Shown here in pieces: positions 37,401-47,268 of a stretch of 47,268 nt of DNA (positions are counted from its first letter, which is position 1; each line of letters starts with the position of its first letter). The DNA is taken from the NCBI GenBank assembly GCA_030141605.1, contig JAQGDQ010001323.1, positions 1 to 47,268 on the forward strand, read 5' to 3'. The notes under the pieces are model-generated. The model searched no databases and was not told the origin of the DNA. It saw only the letters and a list, made by a program, of their open reading frames with translations. Origin of the DNA: Tubiluchus corallicola (lineage: Eukaryota; Animalia; Priapulida). The position numbers were made by a program, and so were the translations under genes.

Positions 37401-40400
37401 AGGCTGTACTGTACATTGCGTATTTTTAAATAGTATAATGCAGGGGTGTGCAAATTGCGGCCCGCCGAGAGAATTTGTACGGCCCACGAAGAGATTTGTC
37501 AACCTAATGAAAGTGTGGCCCGGGCGAATAATTGAGTGTATCCAGCTGAAGTCCGTGCCACGATCCCAAAGATAGTGCGGGTAGTTTTTTCTACTAGATC
37601 GGATGCCATTAACCCTTACAAGATGGTTGTAGGTTAACGTCACTGTACTACACAGACTGTGTGATACACATTATTAATATGCATTGTAATGAAATTACCA
37701 CTATCTGTCCTGAAAGTAGAAATATATGGTTTGTAATATAAATTTTAATATCTTCTAAAATAGTTTCTTGAATGTAGTAGTAATGATGGTCGGATGCAAA
37801 AAAATCGTTATTAGGCCTTTCTGTACTTGGCTTCTTGATCAAACTGCCTGTGACCTGCAGGAATTGCTGTGGCCCGGCTAATCAGATAATTTGCACACCC
37901 CTGGTATAATGTTTTATGCTATATGAGCTGGGTGTTCTGTGTGCATGTAGATGAGTTGTCTCTGTAAGTCTGTGGTCTCTGTAAGATAGCCATGTAAGAA
38001 TAAGTAAATCAAATTACGATTTCATTATATTTATGCCTCGTTCATCCTTTTCAGGTTTTGTGATTCCCCCACCAGTGATATGGAGCAACGCACTCCAAAA
38101 GGTCGCGGAAAGCGGGGACGGCTGTCGATGAACTCCGGCAACGATTTGTCCAACTTTACAGAGACTCGCTCCGGCGGAGTTCACAGCAAGCTGCGTAACG
38201 GCGCGAAGGGCAGGAGAGGAACGGGAAGAGATAATCCACCGGCTAGTCCGGCCGTGTCGGATATAACTCCGCTCGGCAACAAGCGTAAGAACAAGGACAA
38301 TGAGCTTAGCGAGGACGCCAAGGTGTTCAAACGAAGTCGAAGTAACTCGCAGAGCACTACGCCCACGCTGTTTTCACAGGCGCCATCTACACCCGAACCC
38401 CCGCTGTCGCCGCAACTAATCGAATGTCCAGAGCCGAACTGCTGTAAGAAATATAAACACATAAACGGACTCCGTTATCACCAGTCTCATGCTCACAGGC
38501 CGAATAGCACAACCAAAATGGACGTAGACGCCGAAAGCAACGACGATTCTCGTGCAGCTAGCTCCGACGAAAGTCGGTCGGTGACGCCCGTTAGCAAAAC
38601 AATTGAGCAGTTCAGTTTGTTCAAAAAGCCAGTGGTTGGCGGTGTTGCGTCGCCCGGAACCGTCTCAACGACGGAAACTGCCAGTGACACGACTGCTGCC
38701 GAAATCGGCTGTGTGGCCGACGTTAGCGCTGCCGCATCGGAAGAAAAGCCACGTCTGGTCACTGAGACCGTTCCAGTAGTGACCGCCCCCGTTCACACGG
38801 CGGCTTTGCCAATGCCGGTCGTGACAACACTGCTGTCGGTAGTAACTTCGCACATGGCAACCGTAAGTGTGCAAACGTCGACGGACCAGTTTCAGCCGGT
38901 TGTGAGTATGAAGACGTCGGCTACTGTGACATCCGTCGCCGTGTCTAGACACACAGTTTCTGTTCCGATGGCTGCAACCCTGGGTAGTATAGCTATCGCT
39001 CCTACCCCCGTTCCTAGTCCAGCTATTAACACTGTATCCATAGATGCTTTGCCTTCTGTGACGAATAACTCGGCGGACGAAAAGAAGAAACGAACGGAGA
39101 AGCCTAAACCGAAACCCGCCCGCGGAATCGGCGTGAGCGAGTGGGTGAACTCGGCCATCAACACAACGTCCTGCGTGCAGTCGTACTCCGCACCGCTGTC
39201 GACGCCCGTAGTCGTCGGCTCCAACCAACCCGAACAAGGAAAAGCTGTGATTTCTGATTCTAGTGTTGGCGTCGCGAACGGTACTAGCGCGAAATTTGAG
39301 AAGAAGCAGAAACCTTCGAAAAAGAAAGAAAACGAGTCGGAAAGGTCGATGACGGATACTAGCAAGCCAAAGGGGGATGTGTTAACATCGGGGAAAGTGA
39401 TGTCCCCTCTCCATGTAAATACTGATAGTAATTTAGGTCAAACTGAGTGTGCCCTTAGTCCGGCTTATTCGGACATTTCGGACGCTAATGATTCAGCGAC
39501 GGCGATGGACGACGAAACATCGCGGGAGACGGAGAAAGACGCTACCCGCGTGCAGGAGCGGCAGTTACCAGCACCTCAGAGTCTACCAAATGCACACGTG
39601 TATCCGCAGTACTTTAGTCAAGCTCAGTCATTCGTCTTGCAACGAGGAAGCCCCAGCTCGCAGCCACCGTCGCGTGCCGCAGCTCCTCCCGAAATTAAGC
39701 CTTCCATTCCGCCTGACCGACCGAAAGACCACTTGGGATCAAAGAATGTCGAATCTGACGGCAAAAGGGTTAGATTAGACAACAGCCCGACTGCGGAACG
39801 GTTGCAGCGGGAACACGAATTCATGATGCACCAACATATGTTGCAGCAGCACCAGCAGCAACAGTTGCCATACAGCATGGCGTACGCATTTCCCTACCAA
39901 CAATACCAGTATGATCCTCATCAGATGCACCTGCTTCAGACGGATCCTAATTACCGGAAGCAATACGAGAGATTTATGAATGACCAGGAACGCATTCGAA
40001 GCGAACTTATGCAACAGCAAATGTTGAGTCAACAGTCTCAACATGGTTTAGCTCAACAACACAACTTGCAGCGATCTCAGCAACCGATCGGCTCACAAGG
40101 AAATGTGCCTCCGTCGCATCACCCTCCGACCTCATTATTCAGGCCCGTTGAGCACATAAAGCAGGAGCACAGGGAGGGCAGCAGTCGAAAGCCTTCGCCG
40201 TCTCTGCCTCCCCATGCCGTGCTGTCTTCTCCCAGCAATGTAAATGTGAAAAAACTGCCTTCGGAGAAAGAGCGTATTGAAATGGCGTTAAAGGAAAAGC
40301 AGAATGAAAACCGACTAATATTAAAAGAGAGCATAGAGCTGAAGTCGCAGATGGGAGAGGGCGCTCGTAAATACGATGGCTATGACCATCAGGCGAAGCC

Positions 40401-42756
40401 AGACGAATCTCGTCGACCCGCAGTCATTTCAGACGCAAGGGTACAAGAATCAAAACCCTCTGATCTTAGTTACCAGTCGAGTAGAACTAGCGGTTCCATA
40501 ACAAAAGTGTCTTCGACGGCGCTTTCAGCACCCGAGAAGAAAAAGCACGAATCGAAACCTTTGCCAAAGCTTGCTGATGATAAGCCAAAGATGTCCCCAA
40601 AGGTGCCAAATCGGGAGTTTGAGCATCCGCATAAGTCGGAAAAATCCCTTCATGATGGACGCGTGCCCCAAATTAAACAGGAGCCTGGTTCGTACCCGCC
40701 CGGCTCTGTTTATGCGCCGATGATGCACCCTCAGTATATGCCAGCCGGTCCTTATGGACCGATTCCATTCGACCCGAACCAACCGCGACTCTACCAGGGC
40801 ATATCTCCGGTCATGTATCCTCCAGGGGCGTACTTGGCACCGCAAGTGCCTTACCAGATGCCTCCAGAACAGCGGAAACTGGACAAGGGTTTGGTGTCGC
40901 CTAGTGGAGAGCCGCCTAAAGCGTTGGAGCTGTTGCAGCATCACGCATCTCAATATCAGCAGCAGCAACAGCAGCAGCTTCAGCAGCAACACAAGATACA
41001 CGAATTGGCTGTTCCGCAGGAGAAGAAATCTCCGGCACCGACTCCTACGTCTAGGCCCAGCAGCACGTCCGAAAAGAGTTCGGAAAAAGGAAGAGATTAC
41101 AGAGAATCTCCGCCTGCACAAAGGCATGTGCACACGCACCACCACACCCACGTGGGAGTTGGCTACCCCATTATTCCTCCAGGACAGTTTGAACCCTTTG
41201 TTGGTAAGTTTGATACACGTACTTAGCCATTTATATTTTCTATAGTAAAGCGTAACACCATTATAACGAACATGGTTTGTCATGTACACACCGGTAATGC
41301 GAAATCACAAAAAAGTGATCACGAAATCACAATCACTTTCGTTATTTTTGTAACTAGTATAACAGCTTTGAATACAGCGTACTTGGTTATTGCGTATTAT
41401 GGACTTTTTACTGGGCCCCATTGCCTCTATTACAATGCAATTGTAAGTTATTATGGAATTTTTACTGGGGCCCCTTTGCCTGCATTACAATGCAATTGTA
41501 AGTTATTATGGAGTTTTTACTGGGCCCCATTGCCTGCATTACAATGCAATTGTAAGTTATTATGGAATTTTTACTGGGGCCCCTTTGCCTGCATTACAAT
41601 GCAATTGTAAGTTATTATGGACCTTTTACTGGGCCCCGTTGCCTGCATTACAATGCAATTGTAAGTTATTATGGACCTTTTACTGGGCCCCTTTGCCTGC
41701 ATTACAATGCAATTGTAAGTTATTATGGAATTTTTACTGGGCCCCATTGCCTGCATTACAATGCAATTGTAAGTTATTATGGACTTTTTACTGGGCCCCA
41801 TTGCCTGCATTACAATGCAATTGTAAGTTATTATGGACTTTTTACTGGGCCTCATTGCCTGCATTACAATGCAATTGTAAGTTATTATGGACTTTTTACT
41901 GGGCCCCGTTGCCTGCATTACAATGCAATTGTAAGTTATTATGGAATTTTTACTGGGGCCCCATTGCCTGCATTACAATGCAATTGTAAGTTATTATGGA
42001 CCTTTTACTGGGCCTCATTGCCTGTATTACAATGCAATTGTAAGTTTTTACTGCATGCTTTACCTTTGCCCTTCCTAAATTAATTTACAGTTAAATTTAA
42101 CCCCCATCATTCTTGTTGCTGCAAAAAGTTGTTGGGCAAGCAGAATGTGGAGTTAATAACACGTTGTCTCAAATGGTCATCTTGTCATGTCGGTCAGTGG
42201 CTTGGCCCAGCTTTTTTACGTACGTACAGAGGCAGCTCGCTACTAAGATCATCTTTAAGTACCGTATATACTTATGTACAAGTCAAATTTTTGGGAGGCG
42301 ATTTTAAGGTGAAATTTTTGGGGTCGACTTATACTTACGATATGTTTTTTTCGGATCCTGGCCGCAATATGCTAGGGTTAAAGGCATTACAAACAATTAT
42401 GCGCGATGAAAGGCTTTGCTGGATCATCATGGATTGCATTGAGGGCCCTCAACATGAATACATATACACACACACGCACGCACGCACGCACACACACACA
42501 CACACACACACATACACACACATACATCAGGTAGGTATAATATACTCGGCCCGGGCACTTGCACGTGTCTTGCACACTAACACAGTAGGCTATTGACTTA
42601 TTACTCAGCCAGTGTATCTACGACTTCATATTTTTAAAATGAATTAAATGACCCGCGTGTTTTTTACTTGCAGGTCCAGCTGGTGTAATTCCCGTGAGTG
42701 CGGCCGGTACAGTAGTTCATCCGTATGGAGGCCCACTTGCGCCACCAAAATCATAG
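30564..42756 (+). CDS. ZNF608: ZNF608/ZNF609 (scribbler/brakeless)-like protein, ~1447 aa; exons 30564-31415, 33802-33973, 34962-35049, 38055-41203, 42674-42756
   Basis: Family motifs [73 protein letters not shown], single C2H2 finger [58 protein letters not shown]. All splice phases are compatible. Confidence 0.93.
31638..31934 (+). mobile_element. Possible solo LTR
   Basis: TGTTACGGA...TCCGTACA inverted ends with internal TATAAAA and AATAAA; no TSD found. Confidence 0.3.
33060..33715 (+). mobile_element. 5'-truncated LINE 3' end (Cys/His-rich ORF2 C-terminus and 3' UTR)
   Basis: [18 protein letters not shown]...LLFG...[18 protein letters not shown]; the 3' part contains ~3 copies of a ~74-bp tandem unit (33395-33620). 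Confidence 0.75.
33802..33973 (+). CDS. ZNF608: ZNF608/609-like coding exon 2
   Basis: ttgcAG|NEAST...[21 protein letters not shown]|GTAAAG. Confidence 0.92.
34510..34923 (+). mobile_element. hAT MITE family D, 8-bp TSD GCTTAAAG
   Basis: GCTTAAAG|caggggtgtgccaa...ttgcacaaccctg|GCTTAAAG. Confidence 0.9.
34962..35049 (+). CDS. ZNF608: ZNF608/609-like coding exon 3
   Basis: ttttAG|(G)[28 protein letters not shown](R)|GTATTT. Confidence 0.94.
35828..35877. repeat. (ACTG)n microsatellite
   Basis: Direct reading. Confidence 0.93.
36663..37046 (+). mobile_element. hAT-like MITE family E, 8-bp TSD ACCAACGG, nested in a family F fragment
   Basis: ACCAACGG|aaggggtgaacat...atgctcaccccta|ACCAACGG; empty-site homolog at ~4725-4737. 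Confidence 0.85.
37441..37903 (+). mobile_element. hAT MITE family D, 8-bp TSD GTATAATG
   Basis: GTATAATG|caggggtgtgcaaatt...aatttgcacacccctg|GTATAATG. Confidence 0.92.
38055..41203 (+). CDS. ZNF608: ZNF608/609-like coding exon 4 (3.1 kb; C2H2 finger and low-complexity regions)
   Basis: tttcAG|[20 protein letters not shown]...PFV|GTAAGT; same frame as the 1048-aa ORF. Confidence 0.94.
41395..42047. repeat. 54-55-bp minisatellite, ~12 copies
   Basis: Unit tattatggaatttttactgggccccattgcctgcattacaatgcaattgtaagt. Confidence 0.95.
42466..42522. repeat. (CA)n/(CACG)n microsatellite
   Basis: Direct reading. Confidence 0.9.
42674..42756 (+). CDS. ZNF608: ZNF608/609-like terminal coding exon
   Basis: tttttacttgcAG|(G)[26 protein letters not shown]; phase matches exon 4. 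Confidence 0.78.
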
Positions 42757-42881
42757 TTTCAGTATTGCCAGGTATTGTAGTTCATACGTATGGAAGCCCG
42801 CTTGTGTCCCCAAAATATTAGGTTCAAAGTCGTACTTTACAGTTGCGTAAGACGCTGTTTAGAGCTCTGGTTATTGTTAAA

Positions 42882-43530
42882 TGTGAGCTTGCATAGCAAA
42901 ATCGTCCATAAGTCGGCAATTAAGCTTTTCTAATTATTCACATACCCCGAATCTCCATTTCACAAGGATCATTTTGATACCAAGTTCATCGCTCTATGTT
43001 ATTTCTAAGCTGAGATAATCCACATTGAAGTTGAGGTGCAGGCTACACACTGAAAAACATCATCTTGAGAAAATCGCTGTTAAAGTTAGCCATTGTTTTT
43101 TTGTCACGCCTCTGCAAAACGCGTAGCAATCGTACGAAAGTGCGATTGCTATGGACTTTGCAAGAGTTCGTTGTAGTTATGTTTAAATCCAGTAGATGGT
43201 TCTTCCTGACGAAGATTTCAGCTTGTCGACAGAGAAAACCCGAAGAAAATTGTCTGCTTCCTCGAGCTACAATCGGAGTTTAAAAATAGGAGTTTCTTAC
43301 AATTGCAGTACTAGTTTCTTGGCAGAAGAGTGGGCATGGGGTTATAAAATTAAATTTTAATAATTGGACAATTGGATGCTAGAATGTGAAGGTCCAATAT
43401 ATTTGCGTTGGTTTAAACAAAATACGAAAAATTGGCAATTGACCAAATTTGTGAGTCACGCTACTTTGAAGCGTCATAGCTTAGTTTTTGCTATGCCGAC
43501 TTATGTAAGGTTTTGGTTTGCAAGCACGCA
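42882..43530 (+). mobile_element. MITE family A, full copy in the probable ZNF608 3' UTR
   Basis: ttgcatagcaaaatcgtccataagtcggca...tgccgacttatgtaaggttttggtttgcaa. Confidence 0.87.
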
Positions 43531-43805
43531 AATGTAGTGTAAGTTCACCGTGTATATAAATCTGGCAGATAAGTCAAAATTTGTTTTGCAAGTTTTCTGA
43601 CGAGGTGTACGACATGCCAAAGTGTGCCTGTTATCAGTTAAGATTCCTCAGTTTTCCATTATAGTGTTTTTGCTGTTTTTTTGTTTTGTTTTTGTTTTTG
43701 TTTTTTATTGTTCACCCAGCAATGCAATGAAACGATGTTGTGAGAATTCTGAAAATTGCAAAAGCACGTCTATTATCTTGACAGACATTAAGCACGCGTA
43801 GACAG

Positions 43806-43960
43806 TGTATATATATATATATATGTTTATGTATATATATATATACATATATATGTATATGTTTGTATATGTATATATGCATAGGTATATGTGTGTGTGT
43901 GTGTGTGTAGTGTGTGTATGCGTGTGTGCATGTGTGTGCATGCATGTGTGTGTATGCATA
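43806..43960. repeat. Compound (AT)n/(GT)n microsatellite
   Basis: Direct reading. Confidence 0.9.
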
Positions 43961-44065
43961 TTTGTATTTGTGCTATTGTATACATGAAATAAATAGTTTG
44001 TACTGAGACTATTTTGTTTTCCACAATGTAGGAGGAAAAATGTAGGTCTGTAGCGAATTCACAAG

Positions 44066-44355
44066 ATGTGTGTGATTTGTCCATTGGGGAAACAATGCAG
44101 CGATTGTTATTAGTCTTTCGGATTCTGGGTGTCATTGTTCTAAGGCATTGTCTACAGTCACTATGTGTGTGATTTGTGCATATGGCAAACAATGCAGCGA
44201 TTGTTATTAGTCTTTCGGATTCTGGGTGTCATTGTTCTAAGGCATTGTCTACAGTCACTATGTGTGTGATTTGTGCATATGGAAAACAATGCAGCGATTG
44301 TTATTAGTCTTTCTGATTCGGGGTTTCATTGTTCTAAGACATTGTCTACAGTCAC
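44066..44355. repeat. ~97-bp tandem repeat, 3 copies
   Basis: Unit atgtgtgtgatttgt...aaacaatgcagcgattgttattagtctttc...cattgtctacagtcac. Confidence 0.92.
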
Positions 44356-45142
44356 AGCTTAGCATAACAATGTTTCATTTTCCAGAGGTGCTTTAGAGTA
44401 TTTTCCCTTCTTTCATTGTTTAGCATTGTCTGCATGTGTGCATATGATAGTGCTGCATTGTTTTTTGTTTTCAAACTGTATAGACCTGTTCAATACTTTG
44501 TGTTTTTAAGGCATTTGATGTGTCGTATCACAATTGTGTATTAATCATTGTATCATAAAGCGCGTTTACCATGTATAATTCTGTACATAGGAAAATAAGA
44601 ATTAGTGTTATTTTAGCAACCCTGTAAATAATTTGACAATCAAGGAGTATTTCTGTAATTGTGTTTATTCGTTTGTTAGGTATGTCATTTACAAAACTTG
44701 TGTTGTAGTTTTGCTTGTGGGTAAAATACTCGCTTTAATCGCATGCCTTTTTTAGGATTACTCTCTTCTAGGTTGCTCTTTCTGCTCGTAAGCAGATTCT
44801 TTCGATCATGGGCCTTTTTAGTTGAAAAAAATTATGCGGTTATTAATTTGTGAAGAGAATTATCCTTAATTTCACTTTTTCTTATCATAGACCCTGTCTC
44901 TTAATATTTTGTTAACCTAGTTTCTGCTTTAAAGTCCTGCTGTTTGATTCTTTTACGTTCTTTTTGTGAGAAATGGTGACTTCGTCAATTGTACATAATG
45001 TGAGACTGAATCAAGATATTGTTTTCGGTTGAAATTTTGTTAATAAAGTTTCACTGTGTAGCGTGTATCTAGCCTGTTGTTTACGTTTGGTTTATAGTTT
45101 GTAATCACTGTATTAGTGTATATTATACTGCTTAAGTATTGG

Positions 45143-45148
45143 AATAAA
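45143..45148 (+). terminator. Candidate poly(A) signal of the ZNF608-like gene
   Basis: AATAAA followed ~30 nt later by a T/GT-rich tract. Confidence 0.45.
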
Positions 45149-45209
45149 TAGTCAACACATATTGTTTGTAAACTTTCTGTTCTGGGTTTTTCTGTCCAAG
45201 TTTTCATCT

Positions 45210-45812
45210 AATATATATATAATAATCTTTATTTGCCATAAAAAATCGATATTCACAACTATAAAAGCATAAAAGAACATTGCAGCATGAGAATAAAATT
45301 CACACAACTGTTAAAGGCAAATGCGTCCAGTGCAAACTAAAAACTACTGTGCCAAAAATTTAAAACAAAATATACATTATAATGTTACACGGAAATTGTA
45401 ATAAACTATATACTATATATACGTACAATTTAAAATGGACGTGGGTAAATAAAATTTGCGGATGAATATATATTATCGTTTACGTATGTTGGGTTTTCAA
45501 AACGATTTAATGTATGTATTTTTAATTTTGATTTGAATTCGTCAAAAGACTTGATTTGTTTTAAATTTGATGGCAGGGTATTCCAAAGTTGAACTCCTTG
45601 TTTAGTGATAGAATTGTTGCCGTATTTGTTATTAGTGGGTATTTGTTTAATATTGTGTGTTCTTGGATTTAATGTTGGCTCCAAGAGGAGTGGAAGCTTA
45701 TTTTTCATGAAGGGCGTGTTAATATTGTTGATGTATTTATATAAAAACGGGATTGTGTAATGCATATATTGTGTAATAATATTCGCGTAAATTCGAATTA
45801 GAGTTCGAAGCG
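45210..45812 (-). mobile_element. 5'-truncated LINE (same family as 2430-2780)
   Basis: ORF ends KQGVQLWNTLPSNLK...FKSKLK...NRFENPTY...NFIYPRPF*; shares the 3' UTR motifs gacgcatttgcc and ggcaaataaagatt. Confidence 0.85.
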
Positions 45813-46005
45813 ACACGAATAGCTAAGTTGTCACGCGTGTTGGTGATTAACTTAAGTTAAGCATCACCAAAGCTGGTCAGTGGATGGATGAGCAAGTACT
45901 TGGTTCAGGACTCGCTCTGAGAAGTTTTTGGGTCATGCCTATTCTGGCTGTTTATCTTACAAAAGAATGGACATCTATTCTCTTAAAATGTGGCTTGCGA
46001 CATTG
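45812..46005 (+). mobile_element. Probable SINE copy (same family as 10160-10350)
   Basis: atagctaagttgtcac...aagttaagca...catgcctattctggctgtttat...aatgtggct. Confidence 0.55.
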
Positions 46006-46281
46006 CTGTTCAGTGGCTCACGAAATCTCGTAGAATGTGGCTTGAGATATTGCTGCTTCGTGGCTCACGAAGTTCCAGTCTTGTCACATATATAGACATT
46101 GAGCAGTCCCAGCCACTGAGGTTTTTGTTTCCAACTTGCGTGGAATTCCGTAAAAGGTCATGTGATCAACTTCTATAATAAACCGCGATGGTTTATGAAC
46201 ATTCTGCAAAAGTCACAGAGTCATGATCTAATTAATGATGTCGTTAATTGTCAGCTCATAAGCCTTTTCACAGTTTTGTTG

Positions 46282-46360
46282 TGCGCATGCGCAGTTGCTG
46301 TAGGTCAAGGGTTAAGTGTACCATAGCAACGCGTCGTAATGACAACCGTCATGTGACGTG
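46282..46360. promoter_or_regulatory. Promoter motif cluster: NRF1/EWG site, two RFX X-box-like sites, USF/MiT-type E-box
   Basis: TGCGCATGCGCA (46282-46293), GTACCATAGCAAC (46318-46330), GTCGTAATGACAAC (46333-46346), GTCATGTGAC (46348-46357) within 80 bp. Confidence 0.65.
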
Positions 46361-47268
46361 CGGGTAAAGCAAAGGTGGCTACCGCATCAATTCAGTAACT
46401 TCATTGTTTCTGTGTATATGCATTAGTCTGTGTGATTTACTAGCAAGATCTTGCTTTGGAACAAGAGAAAATGAACTAAGTATGGTTCTAGCTAGCTGTT
46501 AAAACTGTTAGTATTACAATACTATGGGCTGCGAGGCGTTGTCAAGTGTATACAAATGCATTCTGGTACACTTGACTTTTGATTTTACATTTCACTATCA
46601 TCATCAATCGCTGGAAGTTTCACAAGGGGCATAAGGAATTTGCCCTAAAAATTTTCTAAATTGCCCTAATTTGAGAGGGACAATCACCTCTTGGCAGCCT
46701 ATGACAATTGCAATAGTAATAAATGCAAGAATTCCAAATTGTAATAACCTTTAGTAAAAAATCACGAGTCTAACGATGCACATCAAGTTCTGCTTGTGTT
46801 ATGAAGTATATTTCAGTTGCCTTTGTCCTTATGTTTCCGTTGTCGGATTTTCATTTTCAGTTCTTGTTTGATTTTTTATTATACACTTATTATTCTTGCG
46901 TATGAACTGTATTAATATGTTATATATAACACGTTATAAGCATATCAATTTAATGTCATTTGTAAGAATTAAATCCTAACTCTACAAGCAGTACTAACAC
47001 TAATACACTGCAGCACAGCGCTTTTAAAAATGTTCATCACTAACCAAAGGGCAGCTGACTAGATGACCAATTGGTCTTTCGCTGCAATTTCTTCACAATT
47101 TTTTTTAAATTAATTGTATTATAAGTGTATGTGTATTGCAAGATAAATAAAAAAAGGTTATGATTGTTACACAAGTCAAAAGTTTGCATTTTCACTAAAA
47201 AAACATTTTATTTGCGGCCAGTGAGCAGGCCTAATATATACGGGCACAGTAGGATATTCTTTTGCATT

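Noticed and set aside
38181-41289. Antisense and alternative-frame ORFs over ZNF608 exon 4 (and similarly over BAZ1A)
   Set aside because: Expected shadows of long GC-richer coding sequence; no recognisable motifs.
41272-42083. Cys-rich repeat ORFs ([10 protein letters not shown]..., [10 protein letters not shown]...)
   Set aside because: Frames of the 54-55-bp intronic satellite, with frameshifts between units.
42754-42821. Stop-codon readthrough into the duplicated ZNF608 segment
   Set aside because: The duplicate is in a different frame from the first stop, so only alternative splicing could use it.

Overview
AT-rich, intron-rich animal genomic DNA, probably an invertebrate (a lophotrochozoan is an inference, not proven). 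It holds three protein-coding genes: (1) the 3' part of a glycerol kinase gene on + (10 exons, 318-13060, 5' end outside the window); (2) a BAZ1A/ACF1-like chromatin-remodelling subunit on - (17984-21943) whose 1319-codon CDS has no introns and ends right after a second PHD finger, with no bromodomain; (3) a ZNF608/ZNF609 (scribbler/brakeless)-like gene on + (5 coding exons, 30564-42756) followed by a diverged tandem copy of its C-terminal coding segment. Introns, UTRs and intergenic DNA are full of small non-autonomous DNA transposons (hAT-, Tc1/mariner-, piggyBac- and Kolobok-like termini, several nested), 5'-truncated LINE ends, a probable SINE family and many mini/microsatellites. A motif-dense promoter (NRF1, RFX X-boxes, E-box) lies near the right end. 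I see no CRISPR array, rRNA or intact tRNA gene, and cannot claim a wholly new system. The best leads are the bromodomain-less intronless ACF1, the duplicated ZNF608 terminal exon, and several transposon/satellite structures.
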